Below the pieces are notes generated by a model, which worked only from the letters and a program-made list of their open reading frames with translations, was not told the DNA's origin and did not search any database. DNA of 64,000 nt from Heptranchias perlo (taxonomy: Eukaryota): assembly GCF_035084215.1 (NCBI RefSeq), contig NC_090362.1:14260001-14324000 (forward strand), given 5' to 3'. This document shows, piece by piece, positions 34,771-48,424 of this stretch. Made by a program: the position numbers and the translations under genes. The stretch's first letter is position 1. Each line of letters opens with the position of its first letter.

Positions 34771-37700
34771 TTCTCTGTATTTGTTTTTTTTTTTTAAAAG
34801 TGTCAACGCAATTTGGATCTTATCGTGTTTGACTTGTAATCTGAAGCGGTCTGTTCTACTTTAATGAGTATGCTAGAAATGGTCATAGGCATACTTGAAC
34901 GCACTTCTGTATAGCACAATGGAACAAACCCTTAATGAATGTTCAGTATATTCATTAGAATTTGTAGATAATATCGAATACTGATCTTTTTTCCCTCTTT
35001 GACAAAGTGGCATTGATTTTTATCAAGGGTTCCTTTGTGAGACACAAAAATGGACCCCCAGAGGAGGATGCCCATAGGGATTAGGTAACAGAATAATGGA
35101 TACCCGAGACTGGGTTATAGGACTGAAATCTAATCGAGTGGTTCAGATGATGTCAGAAGCCATGATGGTGAAGCTGTTTGTCACTTGAGCTCAAAGATGA
35201 GATTGTCCCCTCAAACTCTCCCCATAATCTGGCAGTTTTATGTTTACTTTTAGCCGCCCTCTCCTCTCCTGTAGAAGCTGCCTCTCGTTGGGGTACAATT
35301 CTACAGACCCAAGCAAACCTTTCCATGACCCTCCCCAAGTGACCATTCTTCAAGTGACTCCATTCAAACAGTCTACTGACACTCTCTGTCTAACCTTGCA
35401 ACATGGACCACCTGGGTGAGGGAATTCCTACTGCAGCTGAGCTGTGGCTATTTGACCCCTTGGCAATCTGGCTCTCGAAGCCCAGAGAACTCAGTCCTGT
35501 TTACACTTTTCCAATTCGCTGGTTTGTTCATGTTTGAATTTTGTGGGCCTGGAGGTTTGGAAAGGGCTGTTCTTGATACTGTTTCCACCTCACTGGTGGA
35601 AAAATTCTAAATCAGAAGTCCAAGATCTGCTAGTATCAACAACTTGAGAAACATGCAAACATGGATTTTAACCTTTATAATTGGTTGAGGCTGCAAGGCC
35701 CACACTGTGGCCCATGGAGAATAAAGTCTGCCGTCCTGCTACTTCCCCCTATCAGTATCCTAGTGGCCTCTGAGAGTGACTTTACCAATTGGTGACAAAC
35801 TAGGGGCAGTTTTATTACTGTAGTCCATACCTGCTGGATATTGGGATGAGACTGTTCCAATTTCACGAAGGGTGTTTGCATCCAACAGAGAGGGGGGGAA
35901 AGAAAAATGAGCACCCCAACAGTGCGGCTGGGATCAAGCCAGACTGCCCAAAGTGAAAGAAGCACATCTGATCGACTGCACTGGAATGGGAAGGGGGAAA
36001 ATACTGAGGGGTGTGAGGGATTGAGTCTCCCAATGTTCCCAATGGCAGGGAGCATGATAATCGTCTTCACTCACATCCTTTGATACTCTTAACAATCAGG
36101 CATCGCCTTGTCCTCCCCTCTTCTATTGGTGGCCGCTGGTTCAGCCATTACCAGCTGTTTGGAACCCACTGCCCAGTTCTCTCTGTATCACCACGACCCT
36201 CCTCAAAAATCCTTCTCTTCAACCATGCCGTTGGTATCTATCTTCCCATTTTTTTCCCCTTTTGGTTTTCTTGCTTGACATCCACTGTTTTGTCCTTTTT
36301 TTAATGTTAACAGTCTGGAGATGTCTTCCTGCAGATGGATAACACCGTGACGATGGTGATCAGGAACAGGCAACAAAAGGAAAGAAATAATGGGGGGGGG
36401 GAGGGGGGAAGGGAGAGTCCCCAAAAAAACTAACTTGTGTATGTTTTTCTGGGCTGTTGGAATTCCAAACCTTTGTTCCTTTTTCTCCAGTGTGGAAGAA
36501 AGGTAGTGTCAAAGATTAATGATTAACAAACTGAAGAATGGGTGTATTCTAAGAAGGGCCATTTAAAATTCATAGCGCTGAGATTTTGCCTCCTCGGTGC
36601 TTGTTTTGATGTTGGAGTGTTTCCCCTGCTTATTGTAACTTGAGCGGTTCCTGTGCCACCTCCTTCACTAGGAGGACCTCCAAAAGATGGAAAAGATGGC
36701 CGTGAGAACATGCTGACCTAATATAACATCCTGATTTTTATCAGCCCCCGCCGATGTTGTTGACTGTTGCTGGGGCAATGGATCCACAGGTGCTAGCTGG
36801 CCTCCAGTATCTTGCCCAAGTGGCTATCATTGTGTGAACCTCGATGGTGAGTGTCACCAGCCTATTTGGCCCCAACGGCCTTGTAGCCCAGCACGATCCT
36901 ATACTCACCTTCTGGTATTTATGCTTGCTAGAGAATAGCGATCAAGCTTTCCATAGAAAGGACACAAGACCTCACTGGGAGATGGACGAAATGGTTCCTT
37001 TTTGGGAGGAGCAGTCTTGCTGTTATCTTCCACACAATATAGGTGAAGTCTTTACTTCCTCTCCCTCTTGAAGGCGTTGACAGTACCATGGCCACTGGCG
37101 TCCTTTTGGTACCTCGTCTAAGTGGCCATTCTTCCAACCTTGAGCCTTGTCTTTGCATTTCAACAGGCTTTCGACAGTGGGGGGGCATCACAGCCAAAGC
37201 CTGATCCTGCCCTGATCAGGACGCTTTCTAGTATGAGTCACTGGATAGTGATCAGCAGCAGGAACCGTGGTTTTTTCTTCTTGTTTCCCTAGCTCTAGGG
37301 CCAATGGTAGCGGCCACACTGCTGTCCTAGCTGACATCAATTTATCAGAAGCATACACCGTTTGCAGTTGGCTTAGCACCCCTACTCTAGAGCAGGGAGA
37401 GCCAGGATAGGCTTCCCACTCCCGATTATTATCGAGTGACACCCCCCCCCCAGCTAGAAAGTACACATGTGGGTATAAAATCAGCGCAGCAGCGGGTTTG
37501 GCTGTGATACACCTCACAGTCAAACGCCCCGCCAACCTCATTGGGCTCCCAAATAAAGAATGGCTAGGTGGCAGAGTGCAGCCAGTGCCCATGGAGCCGT
37601 ACCCCAATACGAGCCAATGCCTCGAGGAGAAGAGGGCGCAAAACGAGGGATCTTGTGGAAGAGTTTATAAGAATGAATGGGGTGTTGTATTTTTATTTTG

Positions 37701-38218
37701 TGTAAGGTAACGGGATCCAAAGTGCCCATGAAGAGGAAAACTCAATGCACCTTCTGCATTCACCAAGGCCTAATTATCTAGAAAGCAATAGATAACATCC
37801 CTGGTATCAAATATTTAACATGGAGAGCTATTTAAACTGTAAACCCAAGGATACCTCATTGGGAGGATTGAATGCCGCCTGGCCTGTCATTTTGTCTAAA
37901 GTTCCATTCACGCTCATTCCCATTGCAGGACCTAGTGTGAGATACGATCGATTGCACGAGTGAGGTGGATGCTGTATCTCTCATTCTATTCTGATTGTTG
38001 AAGGACATAAATCTTCTGCAGGAACCTTAACCCTTTGACTATATTTAGGGCTGGAAAAAATAATGTGCACTCAGACGCATTAACCTGTATCCATGGCGAT
38101 CCTTGATTTTCTTTGTTTAAACAACAACCTTCGCTAAATGTGGTGGGTGCAATTTGTTTTTTGCTTGTGAATTTTGTACTCCTTACAAATGAAGGATGTT
38201 GGTGCTGGGGAATGAAGC

Positions 38219-38384
38219 TAGATACAGAGTAAAGCTCCCTCTACACTGTCCCATCAAACACTCCCAGGGCAGGTACAGCACGGGTTAGATACAGAGTAAA
38301 GCTCCCTCTACAGTGTCCCATCAAACACTCCCAGGGCAGGTACAGCACGGGTTAGATACAGAGTAAAGCTCCCTCTACACTGTC
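38219..38384 (+). repeat. 67-bp minisatellite, about 2.5 units, in host element about 38168-38530
   Basis: Units are essentially identical to the 11899 consensus. The 3' flank is homologous to 14300-14430 and to the reverse complement of 49990-50075. Confidence 0.92.
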
Positions 38385-39825
38385 ATCAATGTGCCTCAGT
38401 CTACCCTCAGAAGAGCGTCCCCTACTACACCAATGTGACATTTTTCATTTCCCACACCAGCGAGCCTGTGGCCTCTCTGAGCGAGATTGCCAATTTAATG
38501 CAAAACTGGGTGCAATTTTGTGCTGTCGACCAATGCCCACTGCGAACTAGGTTGAGACTATGTGCTAGATTTCACTAATTGAGGCAGGGTTTTGATGGGG
38601 CGGGACTGCCACCCTTCCCTCCTCTCCAACTCTACTGCAAGGCCAAACCATTTTCTTGAGTCGGGGTCATTGGCTGTATAGTGCGGGTTCTCAGCAGGAT
38701 CCCTGCTCCCAAGAGGCAGCCTACCAAGGCTGGAGGGGAATGAGGCGGTGTTGCAGCAGAAAAGGCAGCGAGGTACCTTAGGGGGGTGGAGAGGGGAGCG
38801 GGGGCAGCAGCAAAGACTGAGGCCTATAAAAAGTAAGGGCTGGAAGCCAGATAGGAGGGCGAGGTGGCCCGTACTGCACCCTCATTCACGGACATCGGAC
38901 CAATTACCAGCACCGTCCACTGGTGGGGGGGGGGGGAGCGGATGGATGAGGAATGGGCTGGGAGACTGGGCCCCCTGTCCACAGCCAGTTACATGCAGTG
39001 GCAGGGAATGGGGTAAAGGGAGACAAGCAAGGGTTCAGGCAGGTGCAGCAAATCCAGGCCAGGGCAGCGTGGTGGCAGTAGGCCTCACCGTCCCATTACT
39101 TTCCGCTGTTGTCCTCCCCGATTTGTGACAGAATAGCAGAGGGAAATTGCGTCCCTACATGTAGCAGAGAGAAGACTTTTCGTCCCATGAAGTCTGCCTT
39201 GAATTGGAGCTCCCGAGGTGAAAACCCCATGTCCAATGGATCAGAGGGAGAAAACCAGAGATTGGGAATGAGTGAGGGGAAAAGGGAATAGAGGGATATA
39301 AGGTCAGGGTGGGAAGAAGTAATTAGAGTGGGAGGAGGCTCGTGTGGAATGGCCTGTAGATTCCATGTAATTCAATCAAAAGTTTGGACAAAACTTGACT
39401 GGGCCATTCTGGAAGAACTTGCCACAAACTTCTGTTACCAGAAAGAGTTAATTGAAGGTGAATCAGCCTTTCCAATTTTCTCCTCTCCTCAATCTGAAGG
39501 TGCTGACTCATTTTTGTGCCTTCGGCACCTTGCCCAAGTGAACATTATCCCTCACCGACTTGCCTCACTCTCAAACCTGTCGGCACAGGAGCACCAGATT
39601 AGCCATATTCTGGGTGAAATGGAACACCGCACTGGTTTTGGGTGCAGCCAAGCAGTAACGACAAAACATGGCGGATAAAAGTTTTCATACACGCGATTTT
39701 GAAGAAAAAAAGAGGAGCCTGTGCTGACCAGCAAGGAGGCCTGTTCCACAAGTGGGCCAGGTCAGTTTTTCTCAAAGCCCAGTCTGTGCAGGCAGTGGTC
39801 ACTCCCCAACCGAGCACATTACGTA

Positions 39826-40210
39826 GAATTTTACAGCACAGAAACAGGCCATTCGGCCCAACAGGTCCATACCGACGTTTATGCCCCACACGAGCTTCCT
39901 CCCTCCCAACTTCATCTAACCCTATCTGCATATCCTCGTATTCTTTTCTCCCTCATGGAGTTGAGGTCGAAGATCAGCCATGATCTTATTGAATGGCGGA
40001 GCAGGCTCGAGGGGTCGTATGGCCTACTCCTGCTCCTATTTCTTATGTGTTTATCCAGCTTCCCCTTAAAGGCATCTATGCTATTCGTCTCAACCACTCC
40101 TTGTGGTAGCAAGTTCCACATTCTAACCACTTTCTGGGTAAAGAAATTTCTCCTGAATTCCCTATTGGATTTATTAGTGACTATCTTTTATTTATGACCC
40201 CTAGTTTTTG
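39826..40210 (-). mobile_element. CR1 3' fragment containing a nested ~90-bp opposite-strand CR1 tail (39957-40047)
   Basis: The outer copy aligns to the uninterrupted 42235-42520. The inner piece matches 62386-62477. Confidence 0.85.
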
Positions 40211-40231
40211 GATTCATTGCCGATACTTTGG

Positions 40232-40625
40232 ATGCGGTAATGTAGTGGTTATGTTATTGGACTAGTAATCCAGAGAATGCGAGTTCAAATCCCACTATGA
40301 TTTGGGAATTGGTGGGGAGAAGTTTGAGAATTCGAATTCAGTTTTTTAAAAAAAATAAATAAATAAAAAGCTGGCATCAGTAAAAGTGTCCATGAAGCTG
40401 TCGGATTGTCACAGAAACTCAACTGGTTCACTAATGTCCTTTTAGGGAAGGAAACCTGCCATCCTTACCCGAACTGGGCCTACATGTGACTCCAGTCCCA
40501 TACCAATGTGGTTGACTCTTTAACTGCCCTCTGAAGTGGCCTAGCAAGACACTCAGTTGTACTTGGGGATGGGCAATAAAATGTCGGCCTTGCCAGCCAT
40601 GCAACATCCTGGGACTGAATTTTTA
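40232..40625 (+). mobile_element. tRNA-derived SINE sharing its 3' tail with LINE family B
   Basis: Head GTAGTGGTTATG..GGACTAGTAATCCAGAG..GAGTTCAAATCCC. The tail GGGATGGGCAATAAAATGTCGGCCTTGCCAGC matches the reverse complement of about 48730-48790. Confidence 0.8.
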
Positions 40626-41508
40626 AAAAAAACACACTTCTGGAACCACCTGGAGTACAAGGGCAGGCGTGGTACAGTCACTGCCCCGCCTGCCCTAGAA
40701 TGACATTAACAGCTGTGTGCCAAACATTCTTCTGTTCGTGCAAAAAGACAGCCACTCCTCACCGCGCGCCCGTGTGAATTACCAATGCCTATCACTTTTA
40801 CCGAACGAGCCAACATCGCTGCCAGTCATGGAGGCCGCGGTTTCGTACCAAATTGAAATTGTCTTAAGTTGGGGCTGCTGGTCAAAGGGTGATATTTTGT
40901 AACTGTGATATTTTGCGCATTTTTTTTCTCTTTTAAGAACTTCTATTTTTAAAAAAAAAAGTGTAGAGGTGTGAAAAGAAAATGGAGATTCAGGCAGAGA
41001 GCCAGGAGGTTAAGTTTCCAGGGCTCTTGTCAGCTAACACTGCTCTATTCCTGTATTAGACAAACATGCTCGTGAAGATACATAAGCAAATTAAACTAGA
41101 TGTAAAAACAGATTGATTATAAACAACACAGACACCGTGTTCCTGGCTAGTTTAGTCTAAATGCAAACAACAACATACAGATACCCCCAAGGTTATTGCT
41201 GGGATTTCTGCAGACTTTGTATATATGTATTCTAATTATTTTTTAGGAAAGTTGTATGTAATTTTTGGGTAAACTAGACTAAACTTGACTTTTTCCACAT
41301 GATGGTGCCCAGACATTCTGTGCAAACAGGCACCTGGACTTCCCTAGGAGAGGCGCAGATGTGCACAACAGACGGCTCCCAGGATCGGTCCCTGCTCTGT
41401 GATAGGTGAACGCATCTCAGCTGGGACGGGGGTGGGTGGGGGGGGGAGCGGGGTAGGGGTAGGGGTGTGACAACTGATCAGTGTCACTGGGCTCAGCAAG
41501 GTAAATCA

Positions 41509-41536
<28 letters not shown>
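41509..41536. repeat. (GT)n microsatellite
   Basis: About 14 GT units. Confidence 0.95.
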
Positions 41537-41541
<5 letters not shown>

Positions 41542-42234
41542 ATCAAGGTCACTTAGATGAGACACTGGAGACTGCCCGGCATCAGTGAAACCAGCCTTCG
41601 CTCCACTGACCTGATTTAGCACAGATAGAACCTGGGCTCTTCCTGGTATATACTGGGCAGTGTTGTGTGCTGCTGAATAACCGGGGTAGGTTGCTAAGTT
41701 TAATAGGATTATGCATCTTCCTGATGTGGCCTGGTTTTTAAGTGGCAATTTTCTCCCCTCAAAAAGTCAGTTCCTTGATGGGGTCTGATTTCCACAGATG
41801 TAAACCCCCCACCCCACCAGTGTCACCTGTCCATTCATTTATGCGTGCTATTCGACCACAGAAAGCAGCAAAACCCATCTTTATCTGCCCTTGCCCAACG
41901 TCCACACACAAGCAGTTCCCGCAGGGGTCACTGGAAAAGCGACCAGGAGTGGGAATCTGGGCCGATTTGCCTCTCGCTACCCCAAGGCCACTGAGGCCTA
42001 TTGTACTACCCCCTACCACCAGCTACCTGATCGATGAGGAACAGCACCTGGAGCCATCCTGGTCTGTACATATCAGCATCACGCTGCCTGGGACATTTAT
42101 TTGGCGGTCCATAATTTTACAGGATGCTGTTTTGATTTCACTTGTGTAAAATCCCATTAACAAAGTAATGACTTTGTTAAAGCCGCACTTGTAGAAACCG
42201 CACATATGCACACGAACCAGGGAAGGCCATGTTG

Positions 42235-42660
42235 CATAGAATTTTACAGCACAGAAATAGGCCATTTGGCCCAACAAGTCTATGCTGGTGTTTATGCTCC
42301 ACATCAGCCTCCTCCCACCTGACTTCATCTCACCCTATCAGTATATCCTTCTATTCCTTTCTCCCTCATGTACTTATCTAGCTTCCCCTTAAAGGCATCT
42401 ATGCTATTTGCCTCAATCATTCCTTGTGGTAGTGAGTTCCACATTCTCACCACTCCATTGGTAGAGATTTCTGCTCTGTTCCTCCTTGGATTTATTAGTG
42501 ACTGTCTTATATTTATGGCCCCTAGTTTTGGACTTCCCCGCAAGTGGAAGCATGTTCTCTGTGTTTCCCCTATCAAACCCCTTCATAATTTTAAAGACCT
42601 CTACCCAGGTCTCCTTTCAGTCTTTTTTCTAGAGAAAAGTGCCCCAGCCTGTTCAGTCTT
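42235..42660 (-). mobile_element. CR1 3' fragment
   Basis: Minus-strand VVRMWNSLPQG.IEANSIDAFKGKLDKYMREKGIEGY. Confidence 0.85.
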
Positions 42661-42679
42661 GTATGTATCATATGATAAC

Positions 42680-42805
42680 ACTGCTGTAGGGGATACTTTT
42701 GAGGTCGGGGCTGAGACACATTGATGGGGCAGTGTAGACGGAGTTTTACTCTGTGTCTAATGCGTGTTGAACCTGACCTGGGAGTGCTTCTTGGGGATAC
42801 TGGGT
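42680..42805 (-). mobile_element. Monomeric, diverged copy of the 67-bp host element
   Basis: One degenerate unit (TTGATGGGGCAGTGTAGACGGAGTTTTACTCTGTGTCTAA...ACCTGACCTGGGAGTG) plus a flank matching 38385-38430. Confidence 0.75.
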
Positions 42806-42819
42806 TAGTTGGGGCTTTG

Positions 42820-42956
42820 TTTCAATTCCAGCCCAGAGTGAAAAGATGAAAGTTTATATTGCTGGTTGTAAGGGTTCTATGCAAAATGAGTTTGGACAGA
42901 CTCAACCCAGTCCCTAGGGGGAATGTGCCTACACAAGACTGACCCAATTCAGCACC
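42820..42956 (+). mobile_element. Possible LF-SINE-like fragment
   Basis: TTCAATTCCAGCCCAG...TATGCAAAATGAGTTTGG..CTCAACCCAGTCCCTAG resembles my recollection of the LF-SINE body. A related head lies near 48343. Not verified. Confidence 0.4.
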
Positions 42957-42990
42957 AGTTAACATTCTCACCCCTTAGAATGGTAAATAA

Positions 42991-43425
42991 GTTCCGTTCA
43001 CCCATCACCCCTATTCTCGCTGACCTACATTGGCTCCCAGTCCTCCAATGCCTCAAATTTAAAATTCTCATCATTGTGTTCAAATCATGGCCCTGCCCCC
43101 TCCCTATCTCTGTCATCCTCCTCCAACCTCCAAGATTTCTGCGTTCCTCCAATTCTGGCCCCTTGTTGAACCTCCCCTTCGCCCCACCGTTGGCGGCCGT
43201 GCCTTCTGCTGTCCAGGCCCTAAGCTCTGGAATTCCCTCCTTAAACCTCTACCCCTCTCTGCTCCTTTAAGATGCTCCTTAAAACCTACCTCTTTGACCA
43301 AGCTTTTGGTCACCTGTCATAATATCATCTCCTTTGGCTTGATGTCAATTCTTTTGTCTGATTACACTGCTGTGAAGCTCTTTGTTACGTTTAACTGCAT
43401 TAAAGATGCTACATAAATGCCAGTA
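42991..43425 (+). mobile_element. L2 LINE 3' fragment
   Basis: SPITPILADLHWLPVLQCLKFKILIIVFKS followed by the L2 3' UTR. TTAGAATGGTAAAT occurs at both about 42975-42988 and 43427-43440, consistent with a TSD. Confidence 0.88.
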
Positions 43426-44214
43426 GTTAGAATGGTAAATGGAAAATATCAAAGTTGCGCAGCAGGGATGACTTTTCTAAGACTCATTGTTGGAGTAGAG
43501 TGGAGAGGATTTCTGTGCTCTACCTGACCGATGTTGGCGCTGCATGTCCGATAATGGGGAGAATCATCTCCTCCCCAGCACTTGCCTCCCTCACCTGGGT
43601 GAACATCAGACTTGTTAAAAAAAAAAGTTATTAAAAAGAAGAAATTGTTCAGAGACCTGAGGAACTGAGCTCTAAACGTAGTTAAATGAAGTCGCCACTT
43701 TGGAGTCCAGAGAGGTTACAGTCTGTTTGTGGAAATGGGATTTTCCTTCTACTTGCGTAGGTATATATTGTGTAAGCAGGAACAGAACACACTGTGATTT
43801 TTAAGAACTCGACTGCCAGTCTCAGTCAACAGAGTGCGTTCTGTCTCCGATCGAGCGATCCACCCCGAGCCAGAGGCTAGTTTGTTTGTACGTTGGTGTT
43901 GGTGTTTTGGAAAATACCAGCCTGTTTATCAGTGGGAGGGGGGGGGGGAAACAGACTTTTGGCTTCTATGGTATGGGGAGGTTAGAAAAAATATACAACC
44001 AACCTCCCAGAACTTGCAGCTTGTTAAACTCGAACATTTGTATATTCTGTGTCAACATTACCTGAAAGCTGCTTATTTTTATTAAAAATAAAGTGTTGAG
44101 AATGGAGTGAATCTTTCTGTTTTCTCGTCCTGGGTTGCTGGCCCAAGTTTACATGTAGAAGTACAGCATGGTCTTTGTGTAGGACTGTATCACAAGCACT
44201 GTGAATTTGTGCAT

Positions 44215-44332
44215 CCGTCCTAATGTCTCCTCCTTTGGCTTGGTGTTGATTTTTTGTCTGATAACGTTCCTGTGAAGTGCCTTGGGATGTTTTACTATGT
44301 TAAAGGCGCTATATGAATGCAAGTTATTGTTG
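44215..44332 (+). mobile_element. L2 3' tail
   Basis: CCTAATGTCTCC..TTTTTGTCTGATAACG..AAAGGCGCTATATGAATGCAAGTTATTGTTG. Confidence 0.75.
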
Positions 44333-45814
44333 ATGTGTGAGTGACTTTGATACTTTAGTGTGTGCGTGCGCGTGCATTAGTGGTGTTGGTGTTAGTGTAC
44401 GTGTTTGGTGTGCGTGCGTTAACAACGGATGATTAGGGATTTGTGTCTTGACATCAGGCCACATGCACTCCATCCGACTCTGCTCAGTCTGGGAGCTAGC
44501 AGGAAAATCCAGCTTGAAAAAAAGCCTCCAGTGCCATCACATTTACAAAACCTGGTGTGTTTATTTTTGGCAGTGCTACCGGCTGAGAGGAACCCGTGTG
44601 TTGAGAGCTGGTGGGTTTACCGTAAAAACACCTTCCAAATTCACACCTTTTCTCGATGTTAATTGGGTGCGGAAATGTATTAATGATGATGAAGGTCCTT
44701 TAGCACAGCAATGTGCGGCAGCTAAGAGGCAATCTCATCGAGCTACTCATGGTTTTAAATGGTATGGATAAGGCAAGGCTGAAACAGTGCTTTAAATTAA
44801 GTCAGAGTACGAACCTTTAAATATGTGAAAAGTACATTTCAAACCAATGTTAGGAAGAACTTGAGTGAGAAATGTTTGGAATAGTCTGTGCCAGGTGCAG
44901 TAGGAGAGGCAAAAGCATCGGGAGTGTTTGAAATGCAGCTGGAAGCTATAATGGGAGAGTTAGGGTACCAGAGGGATAGGCTTCAGTGGGAGAGTTAGCT
45001 ATCTAAAGAAAAAGTGCTATTTTTGCAGAAAATGTTTTTATTAGTGTACAGTAACAGAAATGTGCTAATAAGTCAACAAGTATGTCCTCTGGCTCCCTGG
45101 GATCTCCTCGTGGGCCCCTTAAAGTTCAGGGACTCCGGTTTTTAGACCTGTGCTATAATATAACGGAGCCCTTAACAGCCTCTGATCCTGTCAAGCAGGA
45201 AGTGCAGTGGGCCCTGACTAATGGCACTCGGAACATTTTGTGCAGGTTAATTTAGTATTGTTCAGGGGCTTGTTATTTATTTGTCCACCGTCATCTGTTG
45301 TGTTATGCAATGTGTACGGATCGCTGTGTTGCTGCTTATGGCGAGCAAAAGCTTTGTAATTGATGGCAGTGGAAATCCACATCCAATTGTCTAAATACAC
45401 AAGACCCTGCAGGCTAATGGAGTTCTTCCCTCATCTCTGGACCAAACGCCTGGTGTATTTTGTTGTAATGATTTTTCTCCCTGCCTTGCTGAACCCGTTA
45501 ACTCTACGGCTTCCAGTTCCTTCCCATTATTTATGTGCAATCCATGACTTGAGAACTCTCTGTGTGGTCATCGTCCAGCGCCTCCCCAAGGGACCATTCT
45601 TTGTGTGTGAGCCTCGACAGTCGGTGTCGGCCTGGCTTTTTGACTGTGGCGGGCATCGTAGCCAAGCCTGTTCCTGTCCTCGCCTGACATCGACACGTAC
45701 GTGCTTTCCCCTACGGAGCTGCTGGCTAGCGATCAGGAGCAGGAGCCCCTCCCTGATGGGGGTTTTACCCCCCCCAAATACCAAGGGCACCACAGCCAAT
45801 TGCAGTGCCCCATA

Positions 45815-46232
45815 AAGAAAGAACTTGCATTTATATAGTACCTTTCACATCCTCCGAACACCCCAAAGCACTTTACAGCGAGTGTAATACTCTTGAAGTG
45901 AAGTCACTGTTGTAATGTAGAAAACACAGCAGCCAGTGTGCGCACAGCAAGATCCCACAAACACAGTGACCAGATAATCTGTTTTTAGGTGTGTGTTGAA
46001 GGATAAATATTTGCCAGGACACCGGGGAGAACTCCCCTGCTCTTCAAAATAGTACCATGGAATCCTTTATGTCCACCTGAGAGGACAGACGGGGCCTCGG
46101 TTTAACGTCTCATCTGAAAGACGGCTCTTCCGACAGTGCAGCACTCCCTCAGTACTGCACTGGGAGTGTCAGCCTGGATTATGGACTCAAGTCTCTGGAG
46201 TGGGACTCGAACCCACAACCTTCTGAATCAGA
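45815..46232 (-). mobile_element. Deu-domain SINE
   Basis: Reverse complement of the tail, Deu core and B-box (GGGACTCGAACCC). Confidence 0.9.
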
Positions 46233-46865
46233 TCAGCTAACTGAGCGCAGAGCAGGGATCAAACCTGGGGCCTTCCTGCTCTGTACGACTGAGCTGCTCC
46301 CTGCTGTAATCGAGCGGAGCCATTGGGGAGGACTTTAAACGCCTGCAAAATTGCTTACTAGGATTTCATTGAGAAAAAAAGGAGCTTATGAAATTTTCAT
46401 ACTGTGGCCACTTGAACTGTGAAAAGCAGCCAGCAGTCCAATTAGAGATTGTGTCCTTCCAAATTGGAGTTGTTTCTAGAGAAATCATTTTGAGCTGTAT
46501 AAAACTAGGGTGAGGCCCCCCCCGCCCCTTCCCCGATAACCTAGTGGGCAAAGACACCACTCGCTACAGACCAGAAGGTCCCAGGTTCGATCCCTGATCT
46601 CGGCTCGAGCAGCAATCAGGGCACTGTCCAGTTGGCCTCAGTGCCCCCAGGGAAAAATAAGCCAGTGTTCCTGCTCCTGATTGCTCACCAGTGGCTCTTG
46701 CTGGAAAGGGTGTGAAGGTGCCTGACCACAGAAGGCATCACAGTTGAAAGCCCAGGCGTGTCTTTAACCCACAGGCCCTCCTCACGTGCTGAATGGCCAG
46801 ATTGGGAGGTCTCGGCGGGCTGTTTCTACCTGCGGAGCTGCACCTACGTGAGAATCTACACTGTC

Positions 46866-47400
46866 GTAGGAACAGGAGGAGGCCATTCAGCCCCTCTCGC
46901 CATTCAGTAAGATCATGGCTGATCTGTACCGCAACTGCATTTACCTGCCTTTGTTCCCTACCCCTTGATACCTTTACCCAACAAAAATCTATCGATCTCA
47001 GTCGTGAAAGTTTCAGTTATTCTCCAGCATCTTTTGGGGGAAGAGAGTTCCACATTTCTACTACCCTTTGTGTGAAAAAGTGTTTCCTGATTTTACTCCT
47101 GAATGGCCTGGCTCTAATTTAAGGTTATGCCCCCTTATTTTGGATTCCCCCATTAGAGGAACTAGTTTCTCTGTATTTGGTCTATTCTAATCCTTTTATC
47201 ATTTTAAGCACCTCAATTAGATCATCCCTCAACCATATAAACTCCAGGGAACACAACCCAAGTTTATGCAACCGGTCCTCATAATATATCCCTTTAAGCC
47301 CCAGTATCATTCTGGTGAATCTGCGCTGTACCCCCTTCCTGAGGTGCAGTGCACAGTACTCCAGATAGGGTCTGACCAAGGCTCTGTACAGCTGAAGCAT
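46866..47400 (-). mobile_element. CR1 3' fragment with internal deletions
   Basis: Minus-strand MLQLYRALVRPYLEYC..VQRRFTRMI.GLK..YEDRLHKLGL, plus the CR1 3' UTR. Confidence 0.85.
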
Positions 47401-48255
47401 CATTGTATTCCATCCGTCAGGAGACGAGGGGAGAGAATCACAGCAAAGAGATTGTTTTTCGTCAACTCCAGTTGTTTTTCTACGCACTGGTTTCCTAGTC
47501 ACTTGTTACCTCAGCTCACCCTTTGTGCAGTTCTAGGAACTGCTTGCACACATTCTCTAACATCCATTGATGGGAATTTATGTTTCCAGAGCAGCCCCAC
47601 AGAGTGAGCCCTTTCGTTTGCCCTATTGCAAAGGACGGCTGCAAAAAAAAAAACCATGCTGAAATGTCACTGTAAATGTCAAGTACAAAAGCAGGCAGGG
47701 AAAGGTGCCTTCGAGCAGTAGGTGGACAGGCCCCGGTAGTCTGAGACTGATACCTCTGCTTCTCTAGTGATGCGGTTTCTTATCCGCATTGGAGCGGAAT
47801 CTGGCTGAAGTCGTGGGCCTTCGTTTGGACTCTGTGGCCTGTGGGGGAGGGGGGTAAATTGGCCAGTATTACAACTCCTGATATCCATTGACTTCCTACT
47901 GGAAAGGGCACCTGTATTGGAAATGAGGACAGGAATAAGCTCAGCTGTGCTGCCCTCCACAGTCAAATAGTTTGCTGGTATTTACAATCAAGGCTCATTT
48001 TTTTTTAAAAAAAGGGAGGTAGCTGGCAACCACATGGCCAAAAGCCAGCATGAGATCGAGGCTTAAGGTGGGAAGAAAATTGGGCAGGCTGGAGGAATTA
48101 TCTGTTTTTAAAAACACGAGCTTGCAGTTCAGTACCTTACATTGCACCGTAATCCCCAAGCCCAAATAATACAACACCAAGAACCTGGGAGAGCACCCAC
48201 CCTGGTTAACTCTTGCTCCTACCAGGCACCAGTGCCAAAAGCATGAGTTTAAAAA

Positions 48256-48258
<3 letters not shown>

Positions 48259-48297
<39 letters not shown>
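48259..48297. repeat. (AC)n microsatellite
   Basis: About 19 AC units. Confidence 0.95.
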
Positions 48298-48302
<5 letters not shown>

Positions 48303-48424
48303 CTCAAATTGAGTAAATCTGACAAGAACAGATTGATTCGACCTGGGTTCAAATCCATTGTGCTGGGATGACGATCACCTCAGTCTGCTGGCTGTAATTG
48401 TCGAACGTAAAGTACGTTTGAGGA

